Shown: in pieces, positions 30,934 through 40,835 of the stretch | Layout: the number at the start of each line of letters is the position of its first letter | Position numbering within the stretch: position 1 is the first letter of the stretch | Notes under the pieces: model-generated | The model's database searches: none | What the model was told of the DNA's origin: nothing | The model's input: the letters and a program-made list of their open reading frames with translations, nothing else | Position numbers and translations under genes: made by a program | Source of the DNA: Candidatus Hadarchaeota archaeon | GTDB taxonomy: Archaea; CAYQAE01; CAYVLA01 | Reading direction: 5' to 3' | Assembly (NCBI GenBank): GCA_964621445.1 | Contig: CAZUNO010000004.1 | Span: forward strand, 109,413-173,412 | DNA length: 64,000 nucleotides

Positions 30934-31485
30934 GTGATCCGCACCATTCTAATCACCGGGGACAGGGCCGCCGGCAAGAGCAGCTCCTGCCTTTTCGTGC
31001 TGAAAAAGGCCAGAGAAACGGGAATGGATACTGGCGGAATAATCTCAATCAGGGTAATGGAAGAGGAAAGGACAATAGGCTATGATGGACTGGACTGCTC
31101 CAACGATGATAGATTTCCCTTGTCAAGAAAAAAGGAAAAGACTCAAGGCGGAGATTGGTTCTGCGTTGGGGATATGACATTCGCCTTTTCAAGGGCTGGG
31201 TTTTCGAAGGCAAATTGCATTCTGGCAAGAAGCGCCTTCAGACAACCAGATATTTTATTTTTAGACGAGATCGGCAAGCTGGAAATGAGAATGATGGGGT
31301 TTCATGAAGGAATGGTATCGATTTGCGATAGCCGGCCTCCCGGCTTGGCACTTTTGTCCTGCCGCGTAGAGGCAACCCCCTGGATCAGGGACCAATGGTC
31401 AAATTGCTTTAGGATATCAGGTGAGTGGATACCCGGAAATGAATCAGAGCTGTGGAGGACGGTTCTGAGCTCCATTGAGGAGTAG
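30934..31485 (+). CDS. NTPase_1 / DUF2478-like P-loop NTPase
   Basis: ITGDRAAGKSS, GGIIS, LFLDEIGKLE. GTG 30934 lies about 23 bp after ATATATAA (30904-30911). Confidence 0.75.
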   Translation: MIRTILITGDRAAGKSSSCLFVLKKARETGMDTGGIISIRVMEEERTIGYDGLDCSNDDRFPLSRKKEKTQGGDWFCVGDMTFAFSRAGFSKANCILARSAFRQPDILFLDEIGKLEMRMMGFHEGMVSICDSRPPGLALLSCRVEATPWIRDQWSNCFRISGEWIPGNESELWRTVLSSIEE

Positions 31486-31497
31486 TATGGTTACCAG

Positions 31498-33296
31498 CTA
31501 CTCCCTTAGGCCATTTCTCGAGGAAAAATGGAGGCTCAGGGCGTACAGGAACGGTAAAAGTGCCATAGTGGAGGCCTCCGAGATCGCTTTTGACCATTTG
31601 GCCAACCCATCATAGAGGGAGGCCTGGCCGGGGACCGACTTGCCTTCCTCAAGGATCCTCTCAGCATTGGAAAGAGTCCTAAGAAGATTCAGGGGTATGG
31701 GTGAATCCCTGGGATTTGCCAGGCCCTGCTCGACCATGGGCTTGACCTTTCCCAGTAATCTGTTGTATGCATCCTCCCTTAGATCCGCCATCATGCCTGG
31801 GAAGATGAATAATCTCCTCTATCAATGGCCTCCTTAGCATTACTCAGATCACGATTAATTTGAGTAAAGTTGCACAGACCAAGGTCCTGGTTAAACCCAA
31901 GGAGGCTCTCCATCTCCTGCACCATGACAAAAACCTCTGTTTTTATCAGGTCCTGATCCTTCAAACCTGCCAGCACACACGGTATTTCATCCGGGTTTAG
32001 GAATAGATCCTCGTCCAGTTGGATTTTTTCTTGCTGAGGTTTTTTCCCACATAGACAAGATCCTAGCTTTCGGTGATTACCGTGAAGTTCCTCACGACCT
32101 CGATGGGAAGCGTCCCCTTCTCCTTTGTTCGGTAGGGGATGAGAAAAAGGGAGTCACCCTCCTTGGGTCCCATATTAGGCTCTTGCTTCAACGCCTGGAC
32201 TCAGGTGAAAAAATTGGAACTGGTTCCCCATCACTCCGGTTGAAATAGAAATAATGCTCAATTGTCTTGAAGATTAGCTCATATCCAAGGTCCCTGTGCT
32301 GGGGGTACCTGTTTCCGAAATGGAGCCACATGGCCTCGTTTTGCCTAAGCATCGCCTCGGTATGGGTAAGCACCCCCCATACCTTTATGCTCCCCAGTCC
32401 AGGGAGGAATTTGCCGTTCAAACCATTATCTTTCCACATCTCCTAATAGGTATCCATCCCCTCCTCCCCGCCGAGCCTGAAGCCGGGATGGGATTGCTCG
32501 TTTTACCCGGTCACCGGCGCTTGTTCGGTCATGAATGCATCCAGTATGGTTTAATAGAACCAGCAGTCCTCGAAATAGAGAATTCCCATTGAAAAGTTTG
32601 GGTTAATCTCGTGAATCTTTTCCGCGGTTATTGAGCCATGGTTTACACCCGGTCTCGTATCCAGCCTCTATAGTCATGCAACAGCCCGTTTTCGCGGAGC
32701 CAGAAGTAACGCTCATTAGTTGCTAGCGGAGGTATTTGCGCCCCCCGTCTCGTTGGAAAACTCCTCCAGAGACCGATCATCATAGGTATAATATGTAGGC
32801 ACGAAGGTGTCATGGCCGTAAAGCTCCATATCCCACAATATGCCCCATATAGGGGTAATGCAGCGAGAGATTAGCGGTTATCATGGCTGACTCTTCAACC
32901 ATCAAGTACCACCAGGTCTCATCTATGGGGGGAGGGGGTGTGGACCTCTACGACCTCATCGGGGCCAACCGCCCTGGTATAATTGAAGTCAATTCTGTCC
33001 CAGTTTACCTGCATATAGTACGGACCAGCGATGTAGGTTATGTTATTTTCAGATGCTTCGAGGCTTTCCAGCCCGTACTTCTCCTCGGAATACTCATTGG
33101 GCCATAGCCAGTTGCCTCCATTTCCATAGTAGGCGTCTATACCCGTTTCTCCTAACCCCGTGAAATTATATCTCCAATAGGAGCTGGAGGGCCTGTAAAT
33201 GGCCCTGGAAAAGGGTATCTCCTTATTGGTCCCCGCAAACCCGGCTACGGCAAGCACGGCCATCAATAAAATTAAGGAAATATTACGGAGGTGCAT
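31498..33296 (-). pseudogene. Degraded secreted, membrane-anchored GH-like protein related to the 21978-23747 gene
   Basis: Signal peptide at 33296. Fragments join across frameshifts at homopolymer runs (32927-32932, 32852-32855, 32741-32746) and stops (32645, 32553, 32505, 32445). Confidence 0.75.
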
Positions 33297-33426
33297 GGCC
33301 AGCAGTAGGTTAGATCGGCTGAAAAGTATCGGTATATCTAACCATACCTAGCTTCTTGAACTTTACTTTCGTGGAGAAGAAACACATTATAGAAGGGATA
33401 AGGGCTCACGGCGAGAAAGTGGTATT

Positions 33427-34680
33427 ATGGTCGAACTTGCAATCAAAGGGGGCAAGCCGATAGCTCCCCAGGGCCTCCAAACCAATTGGCCGATTTTTGA
33501 TAGTTCTGATCGGGATGCGATAGTTGATGTTCTAGAAAGTGGTTCCTGGTGGTCTCTAAGCCATGACCCGGAATCAAAGAATGGTGAGTTTGAAGAGGCG
33601 TTCACCCAATACCTGGGAGCAGAATTTGGAATAACCGTCGACAATGGAACCGACGCCATCGCCCTTGCCCTGAAGGCCTGTGGAGTAGAGGCAGGGGATG
33701 AAGTTATCGTTCCTGCAGTTAGCTTCGTGGCCACGGCCACGGCCGTTGTACAGGTGAACGGAATACCCGTTTTCGCGGATATCACTCCCGATACCTACCA
33801 GATCGATCCCCAGGATGTAGAAAATAGGATAACCGATCAAACCAAGGCCATAATTCCAGTTCATTATGGGGGTTATCCAGCTGACATGGATGAGATCATG
33901 GATATCGCGGATCGCCATCATCTCTATGTCATCGAGGATGCGGCCGAGGCGCACGGATCCGAATGGAGGGGGGAAAAAGTGGGGTCCATAGGTGACCTCG
34001 GCACATTCAGCTTCCAGCAGGGCAAACCCTTGGCATGTGGAGAAGGCGGTTTCGTTACCACAAACTCCCGTGAACTGGCTGGCAAGTGCATATCATTTGC
34101 AAACTTCGGCCGCAAGATCGGTGGGGATAAATACGAGCATCACTGGATGGGCTGGAACATGAGGATGACCGAGTTTCAGGCAGCCCTTCTTCTCTGCCAG
34201 CTAAAAAGATTGCCAAAACAGACCGAGGTCAGGCACGAAAACGGCAAGTATCTAACAAAGCAGCTCGAAAACATCGATGGCCTGAGCGGCTTGAAAACGG
34301 ATCCCCGGATAACAAGCAAGGGCTACTACTTCTACCTAATGCGATTCGATTCCAATGGGTTTGGAGGAATAAGCAGGGATGTTTTCCTCGAGGCCCTTAG
34401 GGCTGAGGGAATCAAGGCCGGTCAGGCGCATAATCATCCGCTCTACAAAAACCCCCTATTCAGAGACATGGCCTTTGGGAGCACGGGTTGCCCCATTAGT
34501 TGCCCCCTCCATAGGGGGGAGGTGGACTATAAATCGGTAAGCTGTCCTGTTGCCGAAAGGGTCTACCAGGAAGAGGTCGTGGCATTGGGAAAGGACTTCC
34601 TAATGGATCGTAGTCAAGTCCAGCTCGTAGTTGATGCCATCTTGAAGATTAGGGAGAACGTGGAGGAGCTTAAGGATTAG
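33427..34680 (+). CDS. DegT/DnrJ/EryC1/StrS PLP-dependent aminotransferase
   Basis: NGTDAI, IIPVHYGG, IEDAAEAHG, FSFQQGK (PLP Lys), GEGG, NMRMTEFQAA. Confidence 0.92.
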   Translation: MVELAIKGGKPIAPQGLQTNWPIFDSSDRDAIVDVLESGSWWSLSHDPESKNGEFEEAFTQYLGAEFGITVDNGTDAIALALKACGVEAGDEVIVPAVSFVATATAVVQVNGIPVFADITPDTYQIDPQDVENRITDQTKAIIPVHYGGYPADMDEIMDIADRHHLYVIEDAAEAHGSEWRGEKVGSIGDLGTFSFQQGKPLACGEGGFVTTNSRELAGKCISFANFGRKIGGDKYEHHWMGWNMRMTEFQAALLLCQLKRLPKQTEVRHENGKYLTKQLENIDGLSGLKTDPRITSKGYYFYLMRFDSNGFGGISRDVFLEALRAEGIKAGQAHNHPLYKNPLFRDMAFGSTGCPISCPLHRGEVDYKSVSCPVAERVYQEEVVALGKDFLMDRSQVQLVVDAILKIRENVEELKD

Positions 34681-35866
34681 GCTGAGGGAGATGTTCAATG
34701 GGCTTTTCCGGTTCCTGGGTTGAAAGAGGGATGATTGGAATGGCTGATAATAAAACCAGTATGCCACTTAGCACGAAAGGAAGACTAATTGAGATGGGTG
34801 AGGTCCAACCAGCTATCAGCGGCCCGATCACCCATCCAAGGTAACCTATAGCTCTAACTTTGGAAACATCGCTTCCTCGGGACGACTTTCTAGCGAAACG
34901 CTGTATTAGAGTTGCCTGCACCGGCATCCATAGCGCCGCTCCCAATAGATCGTGGGTAAGCCAGATTCCGGCCGAGGCTATGAGGTTGGGCAATAGCCCT
35001 GCTGCGGTAAGTGCCAGGCCTTCATATAGCAATGCTCCGATGTAAACTTTCTTCAGCGAGAATCTGGCAGCAATGCCCGAAAAGAGCAGGGGCAAGGCCA
35101 ATGACAGGCGATGAAGAGCCAGGATCAGCGAAACCTGCTCCACAGGAGCACCGAACTTCTTGGAGAAGAATAGAGGCATTATGAAGTTATGGCTAGTGCT
35201 CAGTCCAACGGCAAAGATGAAGCTGGAGATCGAAATCAGGGCCAGTCCCCTTGGCATGTCAAGGGAGAACATCTCACTCAGCCCTAGATGCTCCCCAGTT
35301 ACCTCCTCCTTCTGCCTTTTTTCCCTGAACCCTATTACGAAAACAATCATCGATAAACCAAGTAAGGTGCCAGATAGGTAGAAGCAATTTGAGAAACCAA
35401 GGATCACCAGCAGTGTTCCGGCGGCTATATTTCCTCCTGCCTCCGATAGGTATTCTATTCCTCTAGACTTTGCAAAAAGGTCCGGGAATTTCTTTGGGGC
35501 GAACTCGTATATCAGGGTTCCCTGTATGGTCTGCCTAAATCTCATGGCGGATTCTCTGAGGGTTTTGGATATCACCAAAAAGGGAAATGAACTCAATATG
35601 GGAGCCATAACAGAGGCTATACATCCGCTGACCATTCCCACGGAATAGAAATACTTCCGACCCCATATGTCCGAGGCGCTGGCGATGTAAACGCTTGAGA
35701 AAGCTATGAATAGGGAGGCCAGCGAAAATGTTATTCCCATATTTTCAAAACTCATTCCCAGCTCATCCAGGAAATATGGAAATAGTAGATCATATACTCC
35801 CATGGATAGGCCGAAGAGCGCCGCGGCAATTGAGATCACTGCAAAATTTCTGGTCCCTATCCGCAT
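34670..35866 (-). CDS. MFS transporter
   Basis: About 12 TM segments and motif A SDIWGRK. ATG 35866 lies about 23 bp after TTTAAA. Confidence 0.85.
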   Translation of the reverse strand: MRIGTRNFAVISIAAALFGLSMGVYDLLFPYFLDELGMSFENMGITFSLASLFIAFSSVYIASASDIWGRKYFYSVGMVSGCIASVMAPILSSFPFLVISKTLRESAMRFRQTIQGTLIYEFAPKKFPDLFAKSRGIEYLSEAGGNIAAGTLLVILGFSNCFYLSGTLLGLSMIVFVIGFREKRQKEEVTGEHLGLSEMFSLDMPRGLALISISSFIFAVGLSTSHNFIMPLFFSKKFGAPVEQVSLILALHRLSLALPLLFSGIAARFSLKKVYIGALLYEGLALTAAGLLPNLIASAGIWLTHDLLGAALWMPVQATLIQRFARKSSRGSDVSKVRAIGYLGWVIGPLIAGWTSPISISLPFVLSGILVLLSAIPIIPLSTQEPEKPIEHLPQPNP

Positions 35867-36029
35867 CCTCGATCGGGAAGAGCCGCCGTTTAAACCTGTA
35901 ATCATAACTTACAAGCATCTAGGACCGGGGCATGCACTAGAGAACCGCGAAGAGCGGTGGATAGAATGAGAAAGTTTAAAGGTGTGCAGGCGCATTCTAT
36001 TCTGTAAGAATGATTGGGGATGGATCGAT

Positions 36030-36338
36030 TTGCCCAAGGACGATAAAAAGAAGGCATCTACCCTCGACGAAATGATCAGGGATAAGGAGACGGAAATCAA
36101 ACGTTTGAGAGAGCTGAAGAGGAAACGTACGGAGGTTCAGTTCTTTCGAGGCATCGCCGCAATCTCCAAATCAGTAGCAACAAAGCTAGAGGATGGAGAA
36201 CCCCTGGGCACCACCGAGAAACTATTTCGCAAAAGGTTATATCTCGGCCTTGAAGCCCGGGAACTTCTCTCCCTTCTAACTGACAAGATTTTCAGAAGGA
36301 AGAAAGCGGTAATCTTCACTCCCAATACATCGAGCTAG
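36030..36338 (+). CDS. Small hypothetical helical/coiled-coil protein
   Basis: Fills the gap between MFS and oxidoreductase. TTG 36030 lies downstream of TTTAAAG. Charged heptad pattern. Confidence 0.5.
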   Translation: MPKDDKKKASTLDEMIRDKETEIKRLRELKRKRTEVQFFRGIAAISKSVATKLEDGEPLGTTEKLFRKRLYLGLEARELLSLLTDKIFRRKKAVIFTPNTSS

Positions 36339-36389
36339 TCCGACGACATTTAAAAAAGGGCCCTACTGGATTGCTGATAGTGAAAATAG

Positions 36390-37391
36390 GTGAATAGGAT
36401 GCCAATAACCTGTGCCGTCGTCGGATACGGCCCTGCTTTCAACATGGGGAAAGGCCATTGTAGCTGGATATCGGAAACTGACGGTTTGGAACTATTTGCA
36501 GTTTGCGATATTGATGAGAAAAGAACTATGGCTGCCAAGAAGGATTTTCCGGATATTGAAACCTTCAACTCCATCGATGACCTAGTCGAGCAGGACTATG
36601 ACATGACCACCATCGTCACGCCTCACAATACCCACGCTCCTCTGGCAATCAAGTGTTTGAGGGAGGGTAAGCACTGCATAGTAGAGAAACCAATGTGCAT
36701 ATCGGTCGATGAGGCCGATAGAATGATTGATGCCGCCAATGAATCCGGAGTGATGCTCACCGTCTTTCATAACCGTCGCTGGGACGGGGACTTTCTTACC
36801 CTCAAGGACATCATTCACAGAGGGCTTCTTGGGGAAGTTTTTCAAATAGAGGCCTTCTGCGGAGGATATGGGCGGCCGAAGGGTTGGTGGCGGTCCGATA
36901 AGGTGGTTTCGGGAGGTGCCATGTACGACTGGGGGGCTCATTTCCTGGATTGGATATTGAACCTGGTCCCTTCGGACCGGGTGGAGGGCGTACACGGTTT
37001 TTTCCATAACCTGCTTTGGGATCACGTCACAAACGAGGACGATGTCAGGTCTATAATCAAGTTCCGATCCGGAACCATCGCCGATTTTCAGCAATCATCT
37101 ATATCCCTCATTGGTAAGCCTAAGTGGAGGATACTGGGAACCGAGGGAGCCCTTGTAGACGGTGATAAGGAGTTCAGGGTGACCACCTCGATCGATGACT
37201 TCAAGGCAAATCTGGAGATTCCATATGAGGATTCGGACTGGCCTGGCTTCTACGATAATATAGTGGATCATTTAGTAAATGGAAAGGAACTGGGAGTTAA
37301 GCCTGAAGAGGCCCGGCGGGTAATAGAGGTCATGGAGGCCGCGGAAAGGTCCTGGAAAAGCGGAAAAGTTGAAACCCTGAAACATGAATAG
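36390..37391 (+). CDS. Gfo/Idh/MocA family oxidoreductase
   Basis: VVGYG, TPHNTH, VEKPM, FHNRRWD, GGAMYDWGAH. Confidence 0.92.
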   Translation: MNRMPITCAVVGYGPAFNMGKGHCSWISETDGLELFAVCDIDEKRTMAAKKDFPDIETFNSIDDLVEQDYDMTTIVTPHNTHAPLAIKCLREGKHCIVEKPMCISVDEADRMIDAANESGVMLTVFHNRRWDGDFLTLKDIIHRGLLGEVFQIEAFCGGYGRPKGWWRSDKVVSGGAMYDWGAHFLDWILNLVPSDRVEGVHGFFHNLLWDHVTNEDDVRSIIKFRSGTIADFQQSSISLIGKPKWRILGTEGALVDGDKEFRVTTSIDDFKANLEIPYEDSDWPGFYDNIVDHLVNGKELGVKPEEARRVIEVMEAAERSWKSGKVETLKHE

Positions 37392-37407
37392 GTCGCTTAC
37401 GCTACAA

Positions 37408-38049
37408 CTACTCCATATCTAGTATCTTCCTAGCGAGTTCTCTACAGGTGGATTCTATTTCCGGTTTGGATGGATCAGGTTCCTTATCCAGATACTGCCT
37501 TAGTCCCTCCTTGATCATATTTGTTTTGCGTTCAAATTTCTCCTCATCAAGGGGCTTGGACCCCTGTAGTTTTTCCTCACCCTCCATGAATCCCTCTGCA
37601 AAATACCAGTCCTTGTACCACCTGCATCCACCAACGTAGAGGAGATATCCAATCGGGGTAGCCGCCTCGGGGATATTGAACATGAGGGCCTGAGCAGTTA
37701 ATCTATGATCGGGGTACTTGACCATTATATGGCTGCCCCGAGGAATCATATCGCATAGAAATTTGAAGAGCTCCTCCTCATTTCCCAGAGTTAGATCTAT
37801 CTCCGATCCCCCGGCATGGAATCCATTTACGTACCTCACCTCTAACCATGGACGATAGTACTTTCCAAAACCGCGGAAATACAGTACCGAAGCCGTTGCA
37901 GGCTCTAGCTTTCCCCGTTCGCGATCAACGAGGTAGAGATCAAATCTTATCTCTCCCTCACCTCTTCCACGAGATACGTTCTCGATCTTGGTCCTGAACT
38001 TTCCTACTTCCTGCTCATCAAGCTCGGAAACATCGTCATACAGCGACAT
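37408..38049 (-). CDS. DUF1122 family protein
   Basis: YYRPWLE, ATPIGYLL, WYKDWYFAEGFMEGEEKLQG. Confidence 0.75.
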   Translation of the reverse strand: MSLYDDVSELDEQEVGKFRTKIENVSRGRGEGEIRFDLYLVDRERGKLEPATASVLYFRGFGKYYRPWLEVRYVNGFHAGGSEIDLTLGNEEELFKFLCDMIPRGSHIMVKYPDHRLTAQALMFNIPEAATPIGYLLYVGGCRWYKDWYFAEGFMEGEEKLQGSKPLDEEKFERKTNMIKEGLRQYLDKEPDPSKPEIESTCRELARKILDME

Positions 38050-38136
38050 TTACTTCCCGGACCAGAAAGGTTGTGGACCTTGATAAGGCTTGATCGGTCA
38101 GGTTAATGATGCCAATGATCGTCGTTCCCAAAACCA

Positions 38137-39057
38137 TTATTGGGACTCTATCATCTCGGGGTATTTCTCCTCTATGGCCTCTCGGTATTGCTTAACTACC
38201 TCATCAGGAACCGGAATAAAGGGCTTACCGGGTATGCCACAGTCAAAGACCCCGAAGGCGTTTGTATAGGCCTTAAATCTGGGTATGGCTCCGTATTCCT
38301 TTCCAAATTCAAGCCCATCGAGGAAAGTCCACACGTCCTTTAGCTTGTGCTGCATCTTCATTGCGTGGTCCCACTTGCCATCCTTACATTTCCTGTAAAT
38401 ATCCATTATGAACCTGGGAAACATGGATGCCGACATGGAGAATAGGCCTTTTGCACCGAGCTTCATGGTTGGTACGAAGTAATGCAATTCGCTAGCGGTC
38501 ATGGGGATAAGATCGGTGAAACGCATTATGTCCAGCTGGAGCTTAATGGTGGTTATCTCCTTGCTGCCGCACATTGACGGTATATTGGCCAACTCCTTGA
38601 ATGTGTCAACGGTGTGGAGCTGTGCAGTGTTCCCGTTGTTGTATACTATGAGCCCTATCTCCGGGCAGGCCTCGGCCAAGTCCCTCCAGTACCCTACTAG
38701 TTCCTCCTCACGTATATTCACGTAGAATGGGCTGACGTTCATGACCGCATCGGCCCCACAGTCCTGGGCATACTTGGTTTTCTTGATCGCTTCCTCGGTA
38801 TTCACGCCCGAGCACCCGGGTATGGCCAGCGTGCCACCGGATACCTCCTCAACGAGGACCTCGATCAGTCTCTTGTGGTCATCCCAGGTTATGGTATGGA
38901 ACTCACCCACGCTGCCGGTGGTTACAATTCCGTCAACCCCGGCCTCGCAAAGCGCCTGGACCTCCCGCCTCATTCGATCCTCATCGAATCTTCTGTCCTT
39001 GTTAATGGGCGTCGGAGCTATAACATAGATGCCCTCCATAGTCTCCCTAGTCAGCAA
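38137..39057 (-). CDS. Dihydrodipicolinate synthase / N-acetylneuraminate lyase family aldolase
   Basis: GSVGEF, GADAVM..SPFY, IVYN, GSKE (Schiff-base Lys). TTG 39057 after GGTGA. Confidence 0.85.
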   Translation of the reverse strand: MLTRETMEGIYVIAPTPINKDRRFDEDRMRREVQALCEAGVDGIVTTGSVGEFHTITWDDHKRLIEVLVEEVSGGTLAIPGCSGVNTEEAIKKTKYAQDCGADAVMNVSPFYVNIREEELVGYWRDLAEACPEIGLIVYNNGNTAQLHTVDTFKELANIPSMCGSKEITTIKLQLDIMRFTDLIPMTASELHYFVPTMKLGAKGLFSMSASMFPRFIMDIYRKCKDGKWDHAMKMQHKLKDVWTFLDGLEFGKEYGAIPRFKAYTNAFGVFDCGIPGKPFIPVPDEVVKQYREAIEEKYPEMIESQ

Positions 39058-39115
39058 AATCAGTTCACCACAATTAATCGTAGAGGGTTGTTGAAAAATG
39101 GGACCTTCCAAAATT

Positions 39116-39817
39116 TTATGGCAAGTAACGTCTAGTGGGATTACGAGGCCAGGTCTTCTCCCTGGTGAATGCCTCCGCGTATTTGGCACCGCATTGCAGT
39201 CCCCTGAACTCCGCTACCGTGGTGACGAATTTAACTATGTCGATTCCATCATGATTCTTTAGCCACTGAACCTGACTGGCATGGCACCCCAGCATCTCGA
39301 TTTTCTTGTCAAATGTCTCCTCTATATCCACGTATTCCTCGGGCTGGAATTGTAATCCGGCGATGGTATCCATGTAATAAATGGGAGTTATTTTTTCGTG
39401 ATGAGGGTGCTCGGTGGTTAGATGAGGAAGGGTTGCCATGAAGCTAGCGTCAAAAATCATTCTGGAGGTCAATTTATGGTCGGGCATGTAGTCATCCGGA
39501 TGGTGGGTGATTATCAGATCAGGCTTCGATCTTCTTATCAGTTCCACAAAATCCATCTTTATTTCCCTATCCATCTCCATTTCCAGGTCGGATATCCCTA
39601 AACCTATTGACTGGGCGTCGATTAACGAGCTAGATTTCTCTGCCTCCTCGGCCCGGGTCCTCGCTAGTTCCTTGGGAGGGATCTCAAAATGTCCTTTGTC
39701 ACCATTGCAGGCATGGGACATTACAACATCATGGCCTTTCCGCCTGTAGAGAGCAAGGGTTCCCGCACAGAGAATCTCAAGGTCATCTGGATGTGCACCA
39801 ACGGCCAGTATGTTCAT
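39116..39817 (-). CDS. PIG-L family N-deacetylase
   Basis: AHPDDLE, RAEEA, THHPDDYMPDH, YAEAF. Confidence 0.92.
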   Translation of the reverse strand: MNILAVGAHPDDLEILCAGTLALYRRKGHDVVMSHACNGDKGHFEIPPKELARTRAEEAEKSSSLIDAQSIGLGISDLEMEMDREIKMDFVELIRRSKPDLIITHHPDDYMPDHKLTSRMIFDASFMATLPHLTTEHPHHEKITPIYYMDTIAGLQFQPEEYVDIEETFDKKIEMLGCHASQVQWLKNHDGIDIVKFVTTVAEFRGLQCGAKYAEAFTREKTWPRNPTRRYLP

Positions 39818-39848
39818 ATCAACCCTTCCCGATTGAGGAAATAACCCA

Positions 39849-40835
39849 TTAATCCCTGATCAAGACCACCTTGAAAACGATCACCAGACTGACTGCTATG
39901 CCCACGGCCCATAGAAATCCAAGACGAAGCAATCTTCTTTTCTCTATTCTATTCTGGAGTTCCTCGGCTTCCTGGGCCAGATCGGCCCTCCTCGACACCT
40001 CATCGCTTAGGGCCTCCTCGGAAATTTCCTTTAAACGCGAATATCTCGGGCTGTTATCAATAGTCCAACTGAGCGAGTTTATGAAGAGCTCTCTGAATTC
40101 CTCGCGTTCCGTCAAGTACCCAAAATAGTTATTTCTATCCGGATTATCCTGCACGGTAAGCCCGGGAAAGGCAACCGAAGCTCCTCCATCCGCAAGTTCG
40201 TGGGCTACGATGAGTGGTGCTCCCTTATCTCCCTCATAGAGAACGTGACGGGTTCCGGGTGCGGGTATCTCAACATAGTTCCCACTTCTATCGCTGGAGT
40301 AGAAGGCGAGATAACCCTCCATGTAGAGTTTAGAGGGCAATCCCCCGTTAATCTCCTCCAGGCTTTCCTTCTTGACGTACTCAAAAACGGTCCTGCCATC
40401 AACGGTCTGTGATCTAAGAGATCTATTCCCGCCAATTGAAAAGACCGAGGGACCTAGCTGGGGAGCATATCGGCTGGTGCAGGCGTCACCCAATCCGATA
40501 ACGGCTCCTCCATCCTCGAAATAGGCGATTGTCATGTCCGAGATATCCTCCAATGTAGCCTGTAACCTGGTTATCGGACATACTATGACCGCTTGCACCC
40601 TGGGAAAATTGACTACGGTCTCGTATATCTGCCTATCATCAACCAGCTGTATCTCCGCCTCGAATTGCCCAGTATCTCGAATTATATCCGCCAGTGCTTC
40701 TCCCCACTCCATAGTTGGCCCACAGTAAATTAGAATTATCGGCGATTGCCCCTCTCCGTGAACCGAAGCCAATAAAAGCATGGCGCAGATCATGGCCATT
40801 GTAAGGCCCAATACTCGATGGTTCAAAGGCTCCAC
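39849..40835 (-). CDS. Secreted, C-terminally anchored hypothetical protein (ThuA/class I GATase-like fold suspected)
   Basis: Signal peptide, YFEDGGAVIGLG, GGASVAFPG, coiled coil, then a TM helix. Confidence 0.55.
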   Translation of the reverse strand: MEPLNHRVLGLTMAMICAMLLLASVHGEGQSPIILIYCGPTMEWGEALADIIRDTGQFEAEIQLVDDRQIYETVVNFPRVQAVIVCPITRLQATLEDISDMTIAYFEDGGAVIGLGDACTSRYAPQLGPSVFSIGGNRSLRSQTVDGRTVFEYVKKESLEEINGGLPSKLYMEGYLAFYSSDRSGNYVEIPAPGTRHVLYEGDKGAPLIVAHELADGGASVAFPGLTVQDNPDRNNYFGYLTEREEFRELFINSLSWTIDNSPRYSRLKEISEEALSDEVSRRADLAQEAEELQNRIEKRRLLRLGFLWAVGIAVSLVIVFKVVLIRD

